A stretch of DNA of 27,828 nucleotides, from assembly GCA_049599895.1 (NCBI GenBank), contig JBMYPC010000029.1, positions 1-27,828 on the forward strand, read 5' to 3'. Source of the stretch: Bacteriovoracaceae bacterium. Its GTDB lineage: Bacteria > Bdellovibrionota > Bacteriovoracia > Bacteriovoracales > Bacteriovoracaceae. The notes under the pieces were generated by a model. That model saw nothing but the letters and a program-made list of their open reading frames with translations, was not told where the DNA came from and did not search any database. This document shows, piece by piece, positions 8,623 through 17,377 of the stretch (position 1 is its first letter; the number at the start of each line of letters is the position of its first letter). The position numbers and the translations under genes were made by a program.

Positions 8623-8881
8623 ACGCCTAACTTGTCGGTAATATTTAAGGAAGACTCAAGTGCTTTTGAAGTAGTAACACCCTATAACTATTGGCTTTAG
8701 CTTTACCATTCTGATAGCGTGAAAATTGAAAAGAGTTGCCAACTTCTCGTGCAGGGAAAATCTACTGTTATTATTCCCCTTATTCAATAAATTCAAGTAA
8801 TTAAGAATTGCTCCTAAATATCTGACTATTTTCAACCGATACCGACTTATAATGTTTATGTAAAAGAGACATTTGAAAGAT

Positions 8882-10870
8882 ATGACGATAAAAAACTTTT
8901 GGACGACATTCATGGCCCTTCTTTTTTTAAGCTTAAATGCACAAGCTTCAAGTGGTTCAGGTGAATGTAGTACTGACAAGTATAAAGACATGCTCTTTGA
9001 AGCTCAAAGGGCCCAAGATAATCTCAAACTGAACTCAGATGATAAAGAAACTCTTGGAAATCTTTATGAAAAACGAAATGAGATTCTCGCCACAAGTGTT
9101 CTTCTTAATGGAATCAAAAGTCTCATAGAAAAAAATCAAAAAGAACTTGCATCATTAATCGATGAAGCCAAAAGCGCTAATGAGAATAAGAATCCCCTAT
9201 TGGCCATTTCAGGTGTTGAGAACAAACTTGACCAATACGAAAATAGCTATGCCGCTCTCATTGCAATTGATGAGATGCTAGCAAATAATGGCTCCCCTCT
9301 TGGAATTTACCTTAATAATCAAGAACAAAACCCAGAAGAGCTCGTTGACACTGTTTTTGAAAATTGTTCGGGGACTCTTTTTGGAGAAGATGGATCGACT
9401 GAGATTTATTCTGAGATAAAAAATGAAGTCCAAGCTGTTTGTGATCTTTTTGATCGATCTCAAAAAAACTCTGAAGAAAATAAAGAAAGTCTTGATCTAA
9501 GAAAAATGATGACTAATTTTATCAACGTCAGAAGAACTCTTGATCGTTCAGAGGATGATAGCGAAGTCCTAACAGAAGTGCGCAGTTTTTTAAAGGCCAA
9601 TGTTCCCGAGGACTTTTTTGTCAATCAAGGCAAACATATCGATAATATTCAAAGTCTTAGACAGGGGCTTAAGACCTATAGAGAAGGCATTGAAAATGAG
9701 TCCTCTGATTTAAAAGGCTTAAGAGAAAAGGTGGCCAAGTTTACGGACCCTTTAAAATCTAAAGTCATAGGAAAAGTCCTCTCTGAAGATCCTGAAATTC
9801 AAGGCCTTGTTAAAGCACTTTCAAGTGATGATATTGAGACTTATGAAAGTAAATTTCGAGAAGCTCAAAAACGATCACTGGCCTCTATGGAAAACCTAAG
9901 GGGACTTCTCGAGAAAAAGCTCTTTGGAGAAGAAGGACTCGTTAGTAAAGACAAACAAGACTTTTTCACAAATGTCAGTGGGATGAAACCAGATTTAAGA
10001 GAAGCCTTTGTTTTAGAAAAACTGAAGGAAGCTCTTAACGGCGTTGACTTTCAATGTGATCAAAATGAGCTCATGAGCTGCCTTGCATCCTTAGCGGCGT
10101 CAGGTCAGCTTGAACAAAAGAAAAAAGAGCATAAAGAAAAACTAGATGCCGTTCAGGCAAAAATTAAGGCCATCGAAGAAAAACCAATGTTTCAAGATAT
10201 TGAAACATTAAAAGGTCACGCTCTTTATCAAGCACAAAGAGTTTGTCCAAAGCTTCAAGAAGAATGTCAAGGCCTATCAATTGATGGAGTGAGAATCCAA
10301 AGACTAGTAAAGAATCAAGGCCAAGTTGCCACAAGCCTTCTCAATATCCAAGCTTACAATATTAACAATAAAGACAAAAGAGACAGCATGCATGAACTTT
10401 GCAATAAAAATTTTGATGGTGTTGTTCTCAAAACAAAAATGAAAAAACTTTGTGGTGATATCAGCGTTGAGCATGATCGAATGGCAAAACTACAAAAAGA
10501 AAATGAAAGCTTTAAAAAATCAGCAAAAAGATATGGAATTTCTGAAACTCTCGCAAATGGTGACAGATGGCACTTTGAAAGAAAAAAAGCTCCCCACTAT
10601 ATTGCAAACTCTTTAATGGAAATTGCACCAAACTGGCTTAATTTTGGTCTTAACCCTCATGATGGTTATATGGTGACCAACACTCGTATTGATAATGCCT
10701 ATGATTGGGCCATTGCCCAAAAGACTTTTCAAGTTCACACCCAGCAGTATTGGGACAATTTTGATTGGACCACTTGGAATAACTTCTTTAGTGTGCCTCA
10801 AAATGGCTACTACTTTGAAGGCTTTAATAGCGTTCCCCAAGTCCCTAACAGTTTCGCTCTTGTTGGCTAA
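8882..10870 (+). CDS. Exported alpha-helical/coiled-coil hypothetical protein with spaced Cys residues and an aromatic C-terminal tail
   Basis: ORF 8873..10870, with ATG 8882 preferred. Signal peptide ends in AQA. Glu/Lys/Leu-rich heptads. No family recognised. Confidence 0.8.
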   Translation: MTIKNFWTTFMALLFLSLNAQASSGSGECSTDKYKDMLFEAQRAQDNLKLNSDDKETLGNLYEKRNEILATSVLLNGIKSLIEKNQKELASLIDEAKSANENKNPLLAISGVENKLDQYENSYAALIAIDEMLANNGSPLGIYLNNQEQNPEELVDTVFENCSGTLFGEDGSTEIYSEIKNEVQAVCDLFDRSQKNSEENKESLDLRKMMTNFINVRRTLDRSEDDSEVLTEVRSFLKANVPEDFFVNQGKHIDNIQSLRQGLKTYREGIENESSDLKGLREKVAKFTDPLKSKVIGKVLSEDPEIQGLVKALSSDDIETYESKFREAQKRSLASMENLRGLLEKKLFGEEGLVSKDKQDFFTNVSGMKPDLREAFVLEKLKEALNGVDFQCDQNELMSCLASLAASGQLEQKKKEHKEKLDAVQAKIKAIEEKPMFQDIETLKGHALYQAQRVCPKLQEECQGLSIDGVRIQRLVKNQGQVATSLLNIQAYNINNKDKRDSMHELCNKNFDGVVLKTKMKKLCGDISVEHDRMAKLQKENESFKKSAKRYGISETLANGDRWHFERKKAPHYIANSLMEIAPNWLNFGLNPHDGYMVTNTRIDNAYDWAIAQKTFQVHTQQYWDNFDWTTWNNFFSVPQNGYYFEGFNSVPQVPNSFALVG

Positions 10871-10980
10871 AAAACAACAATTTCGCTCAACAAATGCCCC
10901 TAATACTTGGCAACTTGATTTCTCCACTCAAACAAGACTCTTTGACCTTCTTAAAAAGGAATCTTGTCTTGCGGTAAAAT

Positions 10981-10998
10981 CTTATTAATTCTAATAAG
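10981..10998. promoter_or_regulatory. Palindromic operator-like site 1: CTTATTA-attc-TAATAAG
   Basis: Perfect 7-4-7 inverted repeat, with a near-identical copy at 11084. Confidence 0.6.
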
Positions 10999-11083
10999 TT
11001 AAGAGCTCTTTCCTTTTCATCTCTCTCAATGTCACTTAAACCACTCAAGTATCGGCAAAAACCCTTTAAAATAGAGTAAAGAC

Positions 11084-11101
11084 CTTATTAATTTTAATAA
11101 G
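11084..11101. promoter_or_regulatory. Palindromic operator-like site 2: CTTATTA-attt-TAATAAG
   Basis: Perfect 7-4-7 inverted repeat, 19/20 identical to 10981-11000 when extended by TT. Lies just downstream of a TAAAAT -10 candidate (11067-11072). Confidence 0.6.
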
Positions 11102-11111
11102 TTGTGGCCAT

Positions 11112-14100
11112 TTGGCGATAAGAGATATGATGGATTGGGTAAAAGTCAAAGACATTGAAAGTTTAAATGAAAAGCTTCTCAGTTTTTTTAAAAGCTTTGT
11201 ACTTTTTTCTGTTTCGATTTTTTTACTCTCTTCTTGTTTACCAAGTGTTTCAACTAATACTGCAACATCAGTTTCCTCAGAAGATGAATCTTCAAGTAGC
11301 GGTGGCGAACAAGAAGAAACGACAGATGAATTTCCAGGCTTCGATTTTACAGACTCTCCAGATACAAATACTCAAAGTGACATCTATTGGAACTCAGGCC
11401 AACTGGTTGAAGGTATCCTCACTTTACCGAAAGACTTTAACGACTCTGTCTATCTTCAAGGAAGTAGCATTCATAGTTTTTTACTTGAGAGTGCTCGTTT
11501 TCAAAAGCAATACTGCCTTGTTGCCAATTTTCAAAAAGCGATCTCCAGCTCGACTCTTCGAATGCGAGCGAGGCCAACAACCATTACTGATTTAAAATCA
11601 GGCTCTCTTCAGTGGGGATTAAAAATTGATGTCTCAAACTCTACTGACAATCAAAGTTTATGTTCAGGACTGACTATTCTTTTTGACGATCAAGGTAACC
11701 CTGAACTTGACCTTGGGGGAAATCCACAAGTGAGCACAGCTTCTGTCTTTAACCTTGAATCTGTTTGTCCGAGTTGTGGTGATTCAAGAACATCGACTCA
11801 GCTTTCCCTTTATCGAACAGATATTATTTCAGTAACAGGAAATATTAATACCGATTCTCGAAATGATATCGATATCTCTTCATTACAACTGAGAGTTGAT
11901 TTTTCAAACTCCGCTGTTGAGCCGGTAGGAAGCTGCAGTAATTCTGTTTGTCGTGCTCAAGGCTTTGATTGTTGTATCGATGGTTATCAATGTGCTAACG
12001 ATGGGACTTTAAGACCAAGTTTTGAAGATGCTAATATCTGTCTTTCTCATGTGGAAAGTAATCCCAATGATTATTCAAGATGTGCTCCAACTTATGATGT
12101 TTCAAGTTATATGAATGTCTTAATCCAATACGGGCAAGCTTATGCTGATAGCAAGCTTTATACTAATAACCATATTCGCTACCCTAATTTTTATTTCACC
12201 TGTGGTAGTGATGTTGTCGGTCCTGTAAGAGAACCGGCGACAACTCCGGAAAACCCAGAAGAAGAAGCTGATGAAAGACTTAATGAAAACATTGCAAAAT
12301 TCAACTGCCTTGAAGAAGGTAAAAAAGAGTCTCCCGACTATACGACTAATAATGTCTGTGCCCCAGGTTATGATCAAAGCTCTCACGACAGTATTAAGCT
12401 TTCGGTTTGGAAAGAATGTGGCTGTAAAGCTGATCCTTTTCCCACGAATGTAAATGATAATATTTGTCCAAACTTTGGTTTAAGGGCCGAAAGAGATATT
12501 AATAATAATATTACCAACATCGTCTGTGATCTTCCTCCTTCTCCAGTCGAAGCAGCTCCTTTTCAAGAACTCGATCTTTCAGTTTCTTCAAGATCAATTC
12601 CTCACCGGTTTTTTGATACCGCTGGGGTTGAGCACGATGATCTTTCAACTCTCACCGCTGCAGACAATTGGGTTCAAGAAGGTGATCAATTCTTTTATAT
12701 GAATGAAGTCTCGAAACTGACCCCTCAGGCTGAAAGTTTTGGCATGAACTCAATACTCGGACAGATTTCAGTAAACCTCACAAAGGCCCTTCCTGCAAAG
12801 GCCATTGATGTGGAATTTGATCAGCTTTATATCATTTCTGCCACAGATGGTTACTACTCTCCTTGTCCTCAATGTGCCGCAGACTTTTGGTTTAATAGTT
12901 TTAAAACTCATCCCCCTTCTCAAGGAGGACTCGGAGTTCAAGCTCAAGGCTATACATCAAATAGATCCGTTTATGGTGACAACTTCACAATGGGTAACTA
13001 TGAAGACACCCTCTTTTCAAGGGCCTGCTGGGTTCCTCCAACAATGCTTCCCTATTCTCATAAGCCTAATGCCAATGGACAGACTCAAAGGCTGAATCGT
13101 CTTGAAACTCAAGCCGCTCTTTATGTAAATGGCTATCAAAGGGACTGGTATGGCTTTAACTATGGGGCTTTAATTGGATCATTCGACGGCGTGAACTGGT
13201 TTGCCATTGGGAGTGGCCGAAGAGTTCAGGCCAGATCTTCAAAACTCTATCTTGCCATCAACGCACCATTTGCCGATCTTGCCGATTACGCCAATATGTC
13301 AGTCAGTATCACAATCGACCAAGGCAATAATATCGCCTCCGATTTTGATTACAACCCTGATCTTGCTCTTAATCATCCTGAACAAAATGCAGGGGCAAGC
13401 TGCCAGAAGTTTCATCAATGTAATACTGACACAGATTGTGTCACTCAACTTGGATGGGAATACCGTTGTCTTGATGTAAGAGATCAGAAGTTTTCATGGC
13501 CTTCGTTTGATGCTGACTCAAATGAACTGGCTTCACAAGAAAGAAGCAATTATAAGTTTGAACAAATGCTTCTTTCTGGTCTTACTGGAGAAAGTAGCAA
13601 AAGATGTGTCTATAGAGGCCAAGGGGCACTTTGTAAAAAAAGCTTCACGACTCTTGATAGCAATAGACCAAATCTTCAAAAGTCCTTTCAATGTGCTCCC
13701 AATTTTTATTGTGCTGATCTCAACTCAAATTCTTTTAACGATCGTTTAGTTCGCTCTCCAAACGAAATCGATGTTTTCTTCTTTGGTAAAGAGGCAAACT
13801 ATTTAGGAAGACCTGATAGCTATATTGGAGCTAATAAAGGTTTCACTCAAACGATAAAAGAAAACCTTAAACACAATTTAATTCTCAGTTCCAGTGACAC
13901 CAATGATTACGGACTTTGTCGTCCTGGAAAATCTCAAGTCAACGATAGTGATATACTCAACCACGCTCAAGCTGACGCGCAAAGAAGAACAGACTACATT
14001 TCTCAAATTAGTAGTTGTAACTCTGAAGCGAGTGATATCAGTCGAACAAGAGGTTGTCCGATTATTGATATGGACTCAAGCAGTGCAAACTATCTCAACT

Positions 14101-16424
14101 TTAAAGACTCCTCTTCAAGTGCGGATGACAATCTTAAGAGAAATCAGAACATGTGTGGAGCCGAGGCCCAATACTTTGATGGATCCGAGGACCAATCAAC
14201 TTTTAGAGACATTGAATTTGACCCTCTTCAATCACTCTTTAGCCTTACCACTCAAGGAATAGCAAAAGATGCTTGTCTGAGAAGAGCAGGCCAAGTCTGT
14301 TTTACAGACCTTGATTGTGGACCGAACCGGCTTCATGCCGAACAAGCAAACTTTTTAGGGCTCAACCGTTTTGGCGATAGCTATGCGGAACAAAAGTATT
14401 GGCAAGAGCATCTTGTTTGCTCTCAGGTTGAATCAAAGCCGCTCCTTCAAGATGGTGATTATTTTGATTACGATGTCACTCAAAATCGCTGTTGTCGAGA
14501 AATCGGTTCAGACTTTACCATGTTTTCAAGCTTAGACTCTCTCACACTTGCACCAGATATGAGTACAGAAGACTTGAACCTGAACTTAAGTAATCACACC
14601 GCAGACAATCCGACACAGTCAAAAAGATACTCTCGTTATAATATTCTTGATTTAACAGATGAACTTGGAAACTCGAATGACCTCGCTCCTCAAGATGGTC
14701 TTTTTGACACAACTACATTTGCAGCTCCTGTTGTTTCTAGTTCGAATTTACCAAAGAAATATCAATGGAAAACTCTTTATGAGACAGGTAAAAGCAATTG
14801 CTGCGGCGGTGGATTTATTCGTAAATTTGCCGACGGTTCAAGAGACTGGAGTAATAATAATCGAATTCAAGTCCCTACTCAAAGTTTCACTTGTTTAAAC
14901 TATCGAAGCACTATCCATAAAGAAAAGCCGGCCTTGGTTCAAGGTCAAACTTGGTCAAAAGATAAATCAAAACTCTGTACCTATCAGGATCAAGGAGGCT
15001 GCATCCAAAATCGCTTCCCTCATTCAAGCTATGATGCTCGAGTTGATGCCTTCAATATTGTCGCTCCTATGAATGTCAGCCTTGCCCCTGTAGAAGTAAG
15101 CTGGGTTCCAACCTCTCAGTTTCAACCAGATACAATTCCTATGAGTGTCGACAACCCATACCTGCCAGTTGGCTATCCTTTTGCTGGAACAGAAGTTCCC
15201 TCATCGACTGCAGATGCCATGGTTTATACATTCTTTTTTAGTGGCAACCTTCACACACGTCTCAGCGTCATCCTTCCAGCCTATGCAGGAGGACTAGATA
15301 ATATTGATCTCACAAGCTTTGAACTTGAGTACCATGGCTTTGGAAATACAGCTGATCGAGACCTCACATATGTTGACTGTACTGGTGTGGCAGACCCTTT
15401 TGCTCTTCTTAACCTTCATCAATTTTGTGCTCAAGTGATTAATGGCCAAACTGTTCTTCATTTTGAAACAGCTGACGCTCCAGATAACCCTGATGTTATT
15501 CCTGATGCTCAAGATGTTCCCAGTAACCTAAATTCTGACCCAACAGGTTTAGCCTGGGAATGGGCAGGAGTGAAGTTTGAATTTAATCGCCTTGGAACTC
15601 CAAACCAACTGACAACAGGAGGAGTACCACTTCCTGCAGCTCAAGCCGGACTTGAACCAGGTAATGATCTTTATTATCTTACAAAACTTTCAAGACTTGA
15701 ACTTCTTGGAATTCCGCAAATCTTTTATGAGCCGATCTATTGTCACGATGATCAAAGCCAACTTATTAGTGGAGTTTATGATTTATCACTTAAAGATCGA
15801 ACCGACTTTGAGGGTAACTCTGCTTTTACAGATGCAAACCTCAATCAAATTTATGATGAAAGCTTTGCTGGTGGAGATGCCATGAAGACTCTCGGTCATG
15901 TTGTCTATCAAGACAAAATTGATCTTCAACCAGTCTTTAGCTCTCACGAGTTTAGCTGTTGTGCAAAGCTTGGCTCTGAAGTTGATAACTCTTCAAGGTG
16001 CTGTAGTGGGTTTGCCAGCGGTGAAGAAGGACAAACTCAAACCTGTGCCCTTCCACCCGGAACGGATCTTAATGTTTATTTCAACCGGTTTGTCTCAAAT
16101 GAAGGCTCTGTAGAAGACTTCCCTGACACAGGTCTGGCCGACACAGACTTCATTCCACTAACTGGTGAACCTAAATTAAGTGCAGAAGTAAATGTTAAAC
16201 TTCTTGGTCTTGGTCAGCAATTTTGCTCAACAGGTGAAGTGAGAAAAGGATCTCTTTTCGGTTTTTTCATTGGTCAACCAAACTCAGGCTTCGTCAATGG
16301 CGACCAAGATATTTGGTATTCACCTGTTGATAGCTCTCAAGACTTTGATGATGAAAACGACCTTGGCTACGATTGGTTTGTAAGTGGCTATAAATGGGAC
16401 CATCACTGGTATTGTGCTCCATAG
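11112..16424 (+). CDS. Giant (about 1770 aa) cysteine-rich surface lipoprotein with disulfide-knot-like modules and a LecA/PA-IL-like domain
   Basis: Uninterrupted 5.3-kb ORF. Hydrophobic stretch plus lipobox LLSS-C42, then a Ser/Glu-rich linker. About 55 Cys by hand count. Start uncertain (TTG 11112, ATG 11127 or ATG 11130). Confidence 0.85.
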   Translation: MAIRDMMDWVKVKDIESLNEKLLSFFKSFVLFSVSIFLLSSCLPSVSTNTATSVSSEDESSSSGGEQEETTDEFPGFDFTDSPDTNTQSDIYWNSGQLVEGILTLPKDFNDSVYLQGSSIHSFLLESARFQKQYCLVANFQKAISSSTLRMRARPTTITDLKSGSLQWGLKIDVSNSTDNQSLCSGLTILFDDQGNPELDLGGNPQVSTASVFNLESVCPSCGDSRTSTQLSLYRTDIISVTGNINTDSRNDIDISSLQLRVDFSNSAVEPVGSCSNSVCRAQGFDCCIDGYQCANDGTLRPSFEDANICLSHVESNPNDYSRCAPTYDVSSYMNVLIQYGQAYADSKLYTNNHIRYPNFYFTCGSDVVGPVREPATTPENPEEEADERLNENIAKFNCLEEGKKESPDYTTNNVCAPGYDQSSHDSIKLSVWKECGCKADPFPTNVNDNICPNFGLRAERDINNNITNIVCDLPPSPVEAAPFQELDLSVSSRSIPHRFFDTAGVEHDDLSTLTAADNWVQEGDQFFYMNEVSKLTPQAESFGMNSILGQISVNLTKALPAKAIDVEFDQLYIISATDGYYSPCPQCAADFWFNSFKTHPPSQGGLGVQAQGYTSNRSVYGDNFTMGNYEDTLFSRACWVPPTMLPYSHKPNANGQTQRLNRLETQAALYVNGYQRDWYGFNYGALIGSFDGVNWFAIGSGRRVQARSSKLYLAINAPFADLADYANMSVSITIDQGNNIASDFDYNPDLALNHPEQNAGASCQKFHQCNTDTDCVTQLGWEYRCLDVRDQKFSWPSFDADSNELASQERSNYKFEQMLLSGLTGESSKRCVYRGQGALCKKSFTTLDSNRPNLQKSFQCAPNFYCADLNSNSFNDRLVRSPNEIDVFFFGKEANYLGRPDSYIGANKGFTQTIKENLKHNLILSSSDTNDYGLCRPGKSQVNDSDILNHAQADAQRRTDYISQISSCNSEASDISRTRGCPIIDMDSSSANYLNFKDSSSSADDNLKRNQNMCGAEAQYFDGSEDQSTFRDIEFDPLQSLFSLTTQGIAKDACLRRAGQVCFTDLDCGPNRLHAEQANFLGLNRFGDSYAEQKYWQEHLVCSQVESKPLLQDGDYFDYDVTQNRCCREIGSDFTMFSSLDSLTLAPDMSTEDLNLNLSNHTADNPTQSKRYSRYNILDLTDELGNSNDLAPQDGLFDTTTFAAPVVSSSNLPKKYQWKTLYETGKSNCCGGGFIRKFADGSRDWSNNNRIQVPTQSFTCLNYRSTIHKEKPALVQGQTWSKDKSKLCTYQDQGGCIQNRFPHSSYDARVDAFNIVAPMNVSLAPVEVSWVPTSQFQPDTIPMSVDNPYLPVGYPFAGTEVPSSTADAMVYTFFFSGNLHTRLSVILPAYAGGLDNIDLTSFELEYHGFGNTADRDLTYVDCTGVADPFALLNLHQFCAQVINGQTVLHFETADAPDNPDVIPDAQDVPSNLNSDPTGLAWEWAGVKFEFNRLGTPNQLTTGGVPLPAAQAGLEPGNDLYYLTKLSRLELLGIPQIFYEPIYCHDDQSQLISGVYDLSLKDRTDFEGNSAFTDANLNQIYDESFAGGDAMKTLGHVVYQDKIDLQPVFSSHEFSCCAKLGSEVDNSSRCCSGFASGEEGQTQTCALPPGTDLNVYFNRFVSNEGSVEDFPDTGLADTDFIPLTGEPKLSAEVNVKLLGLGQQFCSTGEVRKGSLFGFFIGQPNSGFVNGDQDIWYSPVDSSQDFDDENDLGYDWFVSGYKWDHHWYCAP

Positions 16425-16451
16425 CATCAAGGCACTTTTAAAGCTCTGCTC

Positions 16452-16482
16452 TTGACAAGGAGCTGTGAAAAATCCATAAATT
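16452..16482 (+). promoter_or_regulatory. Putative sigma70 promoter of the metal ABC operon: TTGACA-N17-CATAAA (or N19-TAAATT)
   Basis: Perfect -35 at 16452-16457. The ATG at 16487 follows within 4-6 nt. No SD. Confidence 0.45.
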
Positions 16483-16486
16483 CTAA

Positions 16487-17377
16487 ATGCTTATATCATT
16501 TTTGAAATCAATTCTCGCCACTTCGGTATTGGGAATCTCTCTGTTTAGTTTTGCCAGTGAAAAAACGATTTCCACTGTTCACCCTCAACTTAAACTTCTT
16601 GTTGATGAAGCCCTTTCGGATTTAAAACTTAAAGACTATCAATCACAAAACCTCATTTCAATCCAAGGTGACCCTCATCATTTTGAGCCCCCTTTAAGTT
16701 CAATTAAAAAAGTTCTTGCTTCAAAAAACCTTGTTGCTCCACCTTATGAAGTTTTCCCTTGGATGAAGAGTATTGAGATCAAAAGAAAAAGAGACTCCAA
16801 ACTCAAAAGCCTTGGTCTTGAGAAGTCTTTCAATGAAAGACTCCCTAAATATCGTAAGCTCTACCCCACTATGAATGACCATCAATTAGCTCATTTTTGG
16901 CTCATCCCAGAAGTTGGCTGTGATTTTTATAATGAGATTATCAATTTCTTAAATTCAAGTAATAAAGATTCTTCCACAAAGTGTCCCTACCAAATAGACA
17001 CATTGAAAAAGAGAATCAAAAATATTCTAAGCAATAAGAACTTCACCCTTATTCTCACTCACGATGCAGTCTATCCTCTACTCTCACACTTCTCTTGGAA
17101 TCATACGCTCGTCATCAAAGAGTCTCACCATGGCAACCAAGTACGAGCAACTGATCTCAAAACTTTATACAAACTCACTCACAAAAAGAGCTCTAAGCCC
17201 ATTGTCTGGATACTAGAAAAAAACATGCCTCTGTCAGCGAGAATTAGACGAAGAATCAAAGAGGCCGACATTATCCTAAAAGTTGATAGTCCAGGCCTAA
17301 AAAGTAAACAGGCATCTCAGACACTCAATACCACTTTAATAAAACTCGCAAAGGCCCTTGAAACTCATGGAAAATAA
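16487..17377 (+). CDS. znuA: Zn/Mn ABC transporter substrate-binding protein (ZnuA/TroA family)
   Basis: Signal peptide. GDPHHFEP, AHFWL and THDA supply the His ligands. Operon with an ATPase and an ABC-3 permease. Metal specificity not established. Confidence 0.8.
   Translation: MLISFLKSILATSVLGISLFSFASEKTISTVHPQLKLLVDEALSDLKLKDYQSQNLISIQGDPHHFEPPLSSIKKVLASKNLVAPPYEVFPWMKSIEIKRKRDSKLKSLGLEKSFNERLPKYRKLYPTMNDHQLAHFWLIPEVGCDFYNEIINFLNSSNKDSSTKCPYQIDTLKKRIKNILSNKNFTLILTHDAVYPLLSHFSWNHTLVIKESHHGNQVRATDLKTLYKLTHKKSSKPIVWILEKNMPLSARIRRRIKEADIILKVDSPGLKSKQASQTLNTTLIKLAKALETHGK

Noticed and set aside
8815..8842. Sigma28 (FliA) promoter TAAA-N16-ACCGATAC, and a weaker one (ACCGACAA) facing the kinase
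   Set aside because: Spacing and -35 matches are off consensus, and a TATAAT at 8848 offers a simpler explanation. Not supportable without TSS data.
10981..11103. The two 20-bp repeats as a mini-CRISPR, dif site or IS ends
   Set aside because: Only two copies, an 83-bp interval, no cas, recombinase or transposase nearby, and a poor match to the XerC/D arms. An operator pair fits better.
16425..16486. Zur/Fur box upstream of znuA
   Set aside because: No convincing AT-rich palindrome matching known Zur or Fur consensus sequences in the 62-bp gap.
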